Source: a candidate division WOR-3 bacterium
GTDB taxonomy: Bacteria; Hydrothermota; Tepidihabitantia; Tepidihabitantales; Tepidihabitantaceae
Reading direction: 5' to 3'
DNA length: 64,000 bases
NCBI GenBank assembly: GCA_965649295.1
Contig: CBFGKH010000001.1
Span: 288,001-352,000 of the forward strand
Position 1 is the stretch's first letter, and every line of letters starts with the position of its first letter. Of the stretch, positions 57,110 to 64,000 are shown piece after piece. A program made the position numbers and the translations under genes. The notes beneath the pieces are model-generated. The model saw nothing but the letters and a program-made list of their open reading frames with translations. It had not been told where the DNA came from and did not search any database.

Positions 57110-58468
57110 TCAGGGGGTCTGGGACTGACGGCTGCTGATTTGAGCCCAGCGCCGCGCGTCCAGTGCCTCAACCGAGTACTTGATGAAAGCACGGATACCC
57201 TCGATGTTTCGCTTCGCGGCCTCACGGAGCAACTGTTTCTGTTCAAGCTCAGTAATCTCAAACTGGGGATAGGCCTGACGGTATAGCATGACCATTGTCG
57301 AGAAAGCATCCATTAGCGCCTTGTCCGACAACTGTTCCAGCTCAATCCGGTGCCGGATGCGGTTGGCCAGCTTGATGTAGGCATAGTCGTATGGGCTAGG
57401 CGTGGTCGCAAAAACCAAGAGGATGTGGGGGTCGCGGTAGATGTAGGGCACCGGCTTGACCCGATTGTGAATCATCCGGTCGTTCACACGCCGCAGCTCC
57501 GGGTCGTTCTGGGCGGTGCGCACGAGTCCGTCCATGAAGTTCACACTCTTGGTGAGATAGATAATATCCCAGAGGTGCGTGACCGTCTCGGCCTCGTCAA
57601 TCAAGAGCACAAGCCCCTTCATGCCGAGCTGCCAGGCAATCCACGACAGGCCTGACAGGATGTTGCAATACAGGTCAGCCGCAGTCGAGAAATCGTAGAG
57701 CGCCGGAATCCGCTGCCCGCCCCGTACCCGATACGGACTCCGAAGCTCGGTTGCGTATTCCTTGGTGCTCTCCCCCTCAATCCATTGCCAGAAAACCTCA
57801 GAGCCGAGCTGGCCGCGGTCAAGCCGCCGCAGCTTCTCAAGTACCGGCCCCCAGAAGACATGGTCACGCAAGTCGAGCTCACCTGCCGCAAGCAACAGGT
57901 CGCGAAAGCCGTGTTCCCGGCTGTCCTTGATGTAGCGCAGGTTGTGGACGATTTCACGATAGACCCGCTTGGGCCGATGCGGGGCCACCTCCTGCGGGTC
58001 AAACTGCACCAGACTCGTCGCCATACCGGCGCCAAGGGCCCGGTGGTGGATGTACTCCAGAATGTGAGTCTTGCCCGTGCCGTACTCGCCCTCGACCATA
58101 AAGACATCGCCCTTGCCCTTAGCCAGCGCCGCCAGAGCCGCATCTACTATCCCGACCTGTTTCTCACGACCAAAAGTGAACTTCTCGACGTCCTGATGCG
58201 GCACAATCCCAAGCCGAAATGCCTCAACCATCCGCCGCGCCTGCACCTTATCAATCGTGCCGAGGGCCGGGCTGGCATCGCCGATGTCAATGTCAATACC
58301 GGTCAGCAGCCGTACCCGCTGCGTAGGCAGCCAGAGCCGCAGACCGCTGGTGAACTGAACGAGCAGTTCGGTGCCGTGCCAACGCGAGTCGAGTACCTCG
58401 CCTTCCCCAAAAACTGGGTGGCTTACGAGCCGCCGCCTTACCCCCTTCATCGGTTCAACGCCAGCCAT
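57110..58468 (-). CDS. DUF2791/BrxD-like P-loop ATPase with an N-terminal Tudor-like domain
   Basis: VSHPVFGEGEV; EAFRLGIVP; GEYGTGKTH; GLVLLIDEAE. Confidence 0.8.
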   Translation of the reverse strand: MAGVEPMKGVRRRLVSHPVFGEGEVLDSRWHGTELLVQFTSGLRLWLPTQRVRLLTGIDIDIGDASPALGTIDKVQARRMVEAFRLGIVPHQDVEKFTFGREKQVGIVDAALAALAKGKGDVFMVEGEYGTGKTHILEYIHHRALGAGMATSLVQFDPQEVAPHRPKRVYREIVHNLRYIKDSREHGFRDLLLAAGELDLRDHVFWGPVLEKLRRLDRGQLGSEVFWQWIEGESTKEYATELRSPYRVRGGQRIPALYDFSTAADLYCNILSGLSWIAWQLGMKGLVLLIDEAETVTHLWDIIYLTKSVNFMDGLVRTAQNDPELRRVNDRMIHNRVKPVPYIYRDPHILLVFATTPSPYDYAYIKLANRIRHRIELEQLSDKALMDAFSTMVMLYRQAYPQFEITELEQKQLLREAAKRNIEGIRAFIKYSVEALDARRWAQISSRQSQTP

Positions 58469-58533
58469 CTGCTCCCAAAGTCCCTAGCCCAACACCAAAC
58501 CAGAAAAACAATTGGTGGCTCGTCCGTCCGGCG

Positions 58534-59805
58534 CTAGAACTCCTGGCTTTCGACCTCGGCCTTGCCGGCGGCCTCAAGCCTCTGCGTCGTGACGCGCAGC
58601 AGCTTCTCGGCATCCTTCCGTTCGAACTGTAGCGAAGGATTCGCCCGCAATTGGTGCAGGGCTTCGACCATCGCCACCACAAACAGGCGCCGGTACCCGA
58701 CGTCGAATGCAAAAGCCGATACTGCCAGTTCGGCCAACGTCCTCGTGACCCCGTCGCGCCGCGCCTCGGGCAGCTTCAGCTCATAGGCAGTCTCGAACAG
58801 CCGCACGAGCCTGTCCCCCAGCCGGTGCAGAAACTCGACAGGCTCGATTCCCAGGTCTTCGAGGTTGATGCGCACGCCGACCGGGTTCGTCTGGCTGAAT
58901 GGACTGCGCAGCCGCTGTTTGAGCGCTTCATAGACCCCGCCCGAGCCTTCGAGCAACAGATTCTCGTCCGGCACGGCGTAGAAGAACATCGCCCCCGGCA
59001 GTCGCGAATTGCCGCATTCATCTACTATCTGCCGCAGGTTGTCCAGCGCCCGCCGCTTGTCTCGCGACGACGATATTGACATTCCCCGCTCGGCCTCGTC
59101 AAAGAGAAAGACGAGACCGGAGTAGCCGATAGAGTGAACCCATTGGATTAGCGAGCGCAGCATCCGAAACGCAGTCGCCTTGTCTATCCGCTCGGAGATA
59201 CGGTACTGGGCCCGCACGTCCTTGGCAACCTCCTCACCCTCGAGCCACTGACAGAGCTCGCTGAACCCTTCGCTATCCTCAGCAAGTGACGCCCCAAACG
59301 CACCCCGCACCGCATTACTGAAGCTGGTGCTCTCGGTCACCGGCAGGGTCTCGAGGTAACTGCGCAGTGAATCCACCCGGTCCTGCTGCCGTCGCTGCTC
59401 TGCGACCCAACGTTTGATTACGTTTTCGATACCTTTGTCGGCGAAGCGGGCCGGTGTGTCAGTCGGGCCAGGACTCGTCAGATTGGCCGCAATGCCCTTA
59501 TAGACGAGTTCGAGCTTGTCGAACGGACACTCGGTTGGATTCAGACTGACATAGGCGACACAGTAGTTGTGCCGGAACGCTAGGTCCCGGACAGCAAAAA
59601 GAAAGTGAGTCTTGCCGCCACCGTAGTTGCCGGTCACAAGCTTGAAACTCGAAAGATTGTACTTAAGAATCCCGTTTAGGTATTCTTCTTCAATCACTTG
59701 TAAGTAGCGCTCCAGTCCCACCGTGAACTGGTCAATCCCAAACTCCGGCGGCGTGCCGGTTGAGCCGAGCTTCATCAGAATCGCCTGCGCCAGTTGCCTG
59801 TCCAT
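58534..59805 (-). CDS. DUF2791/BrxD-like P-loop ATPase
   Basis: G.PP, FKLVTGNYGGGKTH, GYSGLVFLFDEAE, NLRQIVD, YEALKQRL. Confidence 0.85.
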   Translation of the reverse strand: MDRQLAQAILMKLGSTGTPPEFGIDQFTVGLERYLQVIEEEYLNGILKYNLSSFKLVTGNYGGGKTHFLFAVRDLAFRHNYCVAYVSLNPTECPFDKLELVYKGIAANLTSPGPTDTPARFADKGIENVIKRWVAEQRRQQDRVDSLRSYLETLPVTESTSFSNAVRGAFGASLAEDSEGFSELCQWLEGEEVAKDVRAQYRISERIDKATAFRMLRSLIQWVHSIGYSGLVFLFDEAERGMSISSSRDKRRALDNLRQIVDECGNSRLPGAMFFYAVPDENLLLEGSGGVYEALKQRLRSPFSQTNPVGVRINLEDLGIEPVEFLHRLGDRLVRLFETAYELKLPEARRDGVTRTLAELAVSAFAFDVGYRRLFVVAMVEALHQLRANPSLQFERKDAEKLLRVTTQRLEAAGKAEVESQEF

Positions 59806-59808
59806 CAA

Positions 59809-60657
59809 CTACTCCACGACGGTGAATGAGACATAAGAATAGTGCGTTCCGTCGCCGGCATCGTTGTCCGGCACCCAGAGCGCCTTTGCCTTTTCGGTTG
59901 TCGCGTCGAAATTGGCCACATGCAACTTCAGTCGCCGCCCGCCGGTGACAAACTGCCCAGCCTGCTTCAGCCGATAGAGGTCATAGCTGAAACGAATCCG
60001 GGGATAGTCAACAAACTTCTCCTGCGTCGGATTGAGCCGAAAGCTCGCCGGCTGCAGCAGCAGCACGAGCTCCGACAAAAGGTCAACGAGAAAGACCCGA
60101 CTGCCGACACTCTGGCCATTGAGAAGGCAGTAGCGCTCGTAGGCAGTCGCAAGCTGCCCGAGCAATCGCTCCGGCGGAATCGCCCGCGCGGTCAGGCGCT
60201 CCCCAAAGCTGCGCACGGTCTTGGCCAAACTCAGCGGCTCAAGCCTGATTCCCGACTTTAGCTTCTCGATCTCCGGCCCCCAAAAGACGGTCGCGGCGCC
60301 GGCCGCGAAATCGGCCTTGATTGTGAACAGGCCCACCCGCAACAAGGGCAACTGGCCGCGCACCGTCATCCCTGAGCCTTCCAGCGCCGCCAGCAACTGC
60401 CGGCCAAACTGGAACCGGAACTCGGCCTTGGCTCCTTCAATTTCGGCCCGCTCCCCGGCAATCCACTCCTCGAGGTTCGCCCGTACCTCAGCCGGCGGCA
60501 GGGTCGCAGCCTGCTTGGTAATCTCGGCCAAAAGCTGCTCTCGTTTGTGGACGTTGTTGACTGGAGCCGACAGCAGGGACCGGTAGTCGCCGAGCCTCTT
60601 GGCCAGCCCGAGCGCGGTAGCACTCAGGCTACGCAGGGAGAGAATCAGCCCTTCCAT
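59809..60657 (-). CDS. Hypothetical protein leading the ATPase-ATPase-helicase operon
   Basis: 282-aa ORF abutting the next gene; TTGACA-N18-TATACT immediately upstream. Confidence 0.75.
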   Translation of the reverse strand: MEGLILSLRSLSATALGLAKRLGDYRSLLSAPVNNVHKREQLLAEITKQAATLPPAEVRANLEEWIAGERAEIEGAKAEFRFQFGRQLLAALEGSGMTVRGQLPLLRVGLFTIKADFAAGAATVFWGPEIEKLKSGIRLEPLSLAKTVRSFGERLTARAIPPERLLGQLATAYERYCLLNGQSVGSRVFLVDLLSELVLLLQPASFRLNPTQEKFVDYPRIRFSYDLYRLKQAGQFVTGGRRLKLHVANFDATTEKAKALWVPDNDAGDGTHYSYVSFTVVE

Positions 60658-60761
60658 AATCGCCAGTATAGCCCCTGGCCGCGGCAGCTGTCAATGCTGG
60701 TGATTGCGTCCGCCAGAGAAGTCGGCTTGACTCATCCCGCCAAGCTCCTAGACTCCTGCTC

Positions 60762-61934
60762 ATGTGGAACGTCATCGTGACTGGCATAACCAGCTTCTTT
60801 ACCGACCTTTCGACCGAGATGGTCTATCCGCTGGTGCCGCTCTATCTTACGAGTCTCGGCACTCCACCCGCCCTGCTCGGCCTGATTGAGGGTCTGGCCG
60901 AAAGCACTGCTTCGATTCTGAAAGTCTTTGCTGGCCGTTTCTCGGACAAGCTCCGTCAGCGCAAACCGGTCACGATTGCCGGCTACTCCGGCTCGCTATT
61001 CGGCAAGCTCCTGCTCTACCTTTCTACTGGCTGGGTAATGGTCCTTGCTGGCCGGCTAGTGGACCGCTTTGGCAAAGGCATCCGTACCGCTCCTCGCGAC
61101 GCCCTGATTGCCGACTCGACCCCTGCTGGCCGGCGGGGCGCTGCTTATGGCCTCCACCGCGCGATGGACACCCTCGGCGCTGCTGCCGGTGTGATTGTGG
61201 CGATAATCCTCGTGCAAACTCTGCCGAGTGGCCTCGGCCGCCACGATTACCAGCGCATCTTTCTTTTCTCGCTCATTCCCGCTGCCGTCGGCGTCCTCGC
61301 CCTGTTCCTCATCCGGGAGCGAACTGCCAGACCAACCACCACTCTGCCGCCACTTACCTTCCGAGCTATTCCGGCCCGGCTGCGCTGGTTTCTTCTGGTC
61401 GTGTTCGTCTTTGCGCTTGGCAACTCGTCGAACACGTTTCTGATTCTGCGGGCCAAGAATCTCGGCCTGCCGGTCGCGGCTGTGCTCGCCGCCTACCTCC
61501 TCTATAACCTCATCTATGGCGTGGTCTCCTATCCGGCTGGCCGGCTGGCTGACCGGATGGGTCGCAAAAAACTGCTCATTGCTGGCTACTCGTTCTACGG
61601 CCTGGTCTATCTCGGCTTTGCCCTCGCTGGCCGGCCTGCCCTCGTCTGGCCCCTCTTCGCCAGCTACGGCCTGTACAGCGCCCTGACCGAGGGCCTGGAA
61701 AAGGCGCTGGTGGCCGACATCGCGCCGGCTGAGCAACGGGCCACCTTCATCGGCCTGCACGCAACGCTAGTCGGAATCGGGCTCCTGCCCGCGTCGCTGA
61801 TTGCTGGCGCGCTCTGGAGCCTCTGGGGCCCGCGCGCGCCGTTTATTTTCGGCGGCTGCCTTGGTCTCGGGGCCGCGCTCGGCCTGGCCCTAGTGCTCGA
61901 ATCGGACCGAGGGCGTCTTTCCCAGCCATCTTGA
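60762..61934 (+). CDS. MFS transporter
   Basis: SFFTD.STEM, DRFGKGIRTAPRDALIADS, GRLADRMGRK; about 12 TMs. Confidence 0.92.
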   Translation: MWNVIVTGITSFFTDLSTEMVYPLVPLYLTSLGTPPALLGLIEGLAESTASILKVFAGRFSDKLRQRKPVTIAGYSGSLFGKLLLYLSTGWVMVLAGRLVDRFGKGIRTAPRDALIADSTPAGRRGAAYGLHRAMDTLGAAAGVIVAIILVQTLPSGLGRHDYQRIFLFSLIPAAVGVLALFLIRERTARPTTTLPPLTFRAIPARLRWFLLVVFVFALGNSSNTFLILRAKNLGLPVAAVLAAYLLYNLIYGVVSYPAGRLADRMGRKKLLIAGYSFYGLVYLGFALAGRPALVWPLFASYGLYSALTEGLEKALVADIAPAEQRATFIGLHATLVGIGLLPASLIAGALWSLWGPRAPFIFGGCLGLGAALGLALVLESDRGRLSQPS

Positions 61935-62135
61935 CACCCGCCAATTGCGGCCGATAATCTATCCTACCATGTCCCTCCTCGGCCCAAAGGCCAACTAGTT
62001 CAACACCAAGACAATGCGCCTGGCGCTATGTAACCCTCTTTGTGCCGGCAGGTTAGCCTGCGTTCCGCCCTCCTCCTGCCCCTTGCCTTTTAGCTTTTGG
62101 CTTTTCGCCTTTGCCTCTCACCACTCTAACCCTAT

Positions 62136-63875
62136 ATGCCGCTGCCCCGTCGCTTCTCGATAATCCGTTCTGACCGGCCGCTGCCAGCCTGGCTTGGCCG
62201 CTACCAGCTCGCTGTCACCGTTGTTGTCGCCGTCTCCCTGCTCCTAGTTCTGCTCCGGTCCGGCTATCTGCTTCCGGTTCTAGTGCAGGCAAGCTGGCTG
62301 CCCAAACTGCTGACAGTCGTTGCCTCAATTCTGGTCCTTACTGACATCGTTCTCGGCTTTATCCATACCCCGACTTTTCGCGAGTACCTCCGTTCGCGCT
62401 GGTTCGACCTGCTACTCTTTCTGCCCATCCTGCTCCTGCTCCTCCGCGGCGGCCCGGGCCTCGTAGTCATCGCAATCCGCCAGCTAATGGTCGTCTTTCA
62501 GGTCTTCTCCCGCTCGCGCCGCTTTGCCACAGTTATCGAAAGACTCCGCCGTCAGCCGGTCCAGATGCTGGCGCTCAGTTTCCTCGGCCTGATTGCCGCC
62601 GGCACAGTCCTGCTCACCTTGCCGATTGCCGCCGCGAGCGGCCGCGGCCCGGGCCTGCTCGACGCCCTCTTCACCGCTACCTCCGCGGTCTGCGTCACCG
62701 GCCTGACCGTCCGCGACACTGCCACCTTCTTCTCGCCCTTTGGCCAACTCGTCATCCTCATCCTGATTCAGCTTGGCGGCCTCGGCATCATGACCTTCTC
62801 CGCGAGCATCGTTGCTGCCTTTGGCCGCCGGCTCGGCCTTGGCCAGCGCAGCACCTTCACCACGATGATTGAGCAGACCCGCGACATTGATATTCTCCGC
62901 ACCCTCCGCTACATCTTCCTTTTGACCGTCACGGTCGAAGCGGGCGGCGCGGCTCTGCTCTTTCTCCACTGGCGGGCCCAATTCCCCAGCGCCGGCACCA
63001 CCCTGATGGCCGCGGTCTTTCACTCGGTCTCGGCCTTCTGCAACGCCGGCTTCGCCCTCTTCTCCGATTCGCTCGTGCGGTTCCGCGGCGACATCATCAC
63101 CAATCTTGTCATCATCGGCCTGATTATCACTGGCGGGCTCGGCTTCAGCGTTGTCCACGAGCTGCTCAACCGCCAGACCTTCCGCCGGCCCCTTGCGGTC
63201 CTGCGCCGGCTCACGGTCCACGCCCGGCTGGTGCTCGTCACCTCGGGCCTACTCATCCTCGGCGGCACCATCTTTTTCTTCTTCTTCGAATACGACAATG
63301 CTCTCGCACCCCTGCCGCTCGGCACCAAACTGCTCGCCGCCCTCTTTCAAGCCGTCACTCCCCGCACCGCCGGCTTCAACACCGTCCCTTTTGACAACCT
63401 CCGGCCGGTCACCCTGCTCGCTTGGGTGATACTGATGTTCATCGGCGCGTCACCCGGCGGCACCGGCGGCGGCATCAAGACCTCAACCCTGGCCGTGCTC
63501 TTTCTCTCGGTGCGGAGCCGCATCCGCGGCGAGGAAGAAATCGCGGTTGCCGGTCGGTCAATCCCCCACGACGTTGTCTATCGCGCCACTGCCATCACTG
63601 CTGTCTCCGGCCTCATCGTCGCCGGCTTCTTTGCCCTACTGCTCGTCACCGAACCGGCGCCATTTGCCAACATTCTTTTTGAGACGGTTTCCGCCTTCGG
63701 CACGGTCGGCCTCTCAACCGGCCTGACCCCGGCCCTGTCGCCGCCGGGCAAGCTGGCGGTCACCGCCCTGATGTACATCGGCCGCATCGGCCCGCTCACC
63801 CTCACCCTGGCGATGAGCAGCCGGCGCGCGGCCCTGCCGATTCGCTATCCGGACGCCCGGATAATGGTCGGATAA
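62136..63875 (+). CDS. trkH: Trk/Ktr potassium uptake permease
   Basis: FTATSAVCVTGL, SAFCNAGF, RTAGFN, GGTGGGIK, SAFGTVGLS. Confidence 0.93.
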   Translation: MPLPRRFSIIRSDRPLPAWLGRYQLAVTVVVAVSLLLVLLRSGYLLPVLVQASWLPKLLTVVASILVLTDIVLGFIHTPTFREYLRSRWFDLLLFLPILLLLLRGGPGLVVIAIRQLMVVFQVFSRSRRFATVIERLRRQPVQMLALSFLGLIAAGTVLLTLPIAAASGRGPGLLDALFTATSAVCVTGLTVRDTATFFSPFGQLVILILIQLGGLGIMTFSASIVAAFGRRLGLGQRSTFTTMIEQTRDIDILRTLRYIFLLTVTVEAGGAALLFLHWRAQFPSAGTTLMAAVFHSVSAFCNAGFALFSDSLVRFRGDIITNLVIIGLIITGGLGFSVVHELLNRQTFRRPLAVLRRLTVHARLVLVTSGLLILGGTIFFFFFEYDNALAPLPLGTKLLAALFQAVTPRTAGFNTVPFDNLRPVTLLAWVILMFIGASPGGTGGGIKTSTLAVLFLSVRSRIRGEEEIAVAGRSIPHDVVYRATAITAVSGLIVAGFFALLLVTEPAPFANILFETVSAFGTVGLSTGLTPALSPPGKLAVTALMYIGRIGPLTLTLAMSSRRAALPIRYPDARIMVG

Positions 63876-63884
63876 GGAGAAAGT

Positions 63885-64000
63885 ATGAAGCAATTTGCAG
63901 TAATCGGCCTTGGCACTTTTGGCGGCCGGGTCGCTCGCACCCTGGTCGAAAAAGGCGCCGAGGTCATCGGCATTGACTCTGACCCCAAACGGGTCGAATC
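63885..64000 (+). CDS. trkA: TrkA/KtrA regulatory subunit (3' truncated)
   Basis: MKQFAVIGLGTFG Rossmann motif; AAGGAG RBS. Confidence 0.9.
   Translation, partial: MKQFAVIGLGTFGGRVARTLVEKGAEVIGIDSDPKRVE

Noticed and set aside
54967..60657. Calling this a canonical BREX or Shango system
   Set aside because: No pglX, pglZ, brxC or TerB-domain gene in the window.
1..64000. CRISPR arrays, tRNA/rRNA genes, transposases or integrases
   Set aside because: None recognised by eye; tRNA-Sec and selAB are not in this window.

Overview
GC-rich bacterial DNA. Several secreted proteins carry a T9SS/Por-type C-terminal sorting domain, one with Kelch-like KGxxTxEF repeats, which suggests an uncultured anaerobe such as WOR-3 (inference only). 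Housekeeping genes include trxA, deoC, kbl, a fused transketolase, transaldolase, murA, ispG and trkH/trkA. Three accessory blocks stand out. (1) An 18-kb minus-strand cluster (22.8-40.8 kb) encodes a SAM methyltransferase, an ABC importer, a beta-barrel channel, an FTR-like Fe-S protein, two Omp28-like CxxC proteins, DUF3343/YedF, a Sec-containing SelD, a corrinoid protein, two MtaA/UroD methyltransferases, RACo, and an HgdAB-like pair with an HgdC activator. It also hides an unannotated 45-aa membrane microprotein with an in-frame UGA forming a UxxC motif and a SECIS-like hairpin. (2) A four-gene candidate defence operon (55-60.7 kb) has an unknown protein, two DUF2791/BrxD-like ATPases and an Lhr-like helicase. 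It resembles Shango/BREX parts but has no TerB or pgl genes in the window. (3) A kinase-like PASTA protein, a PEGA protein and a YVTN protein form an envelope module. Also present are a sigma54-type promoter driving a ~490-nt G-run-rich transcript, several apparently leaderless genes and a frameshifted FAD oxidase. All calls come from reading motifs by eye; no searches were run.
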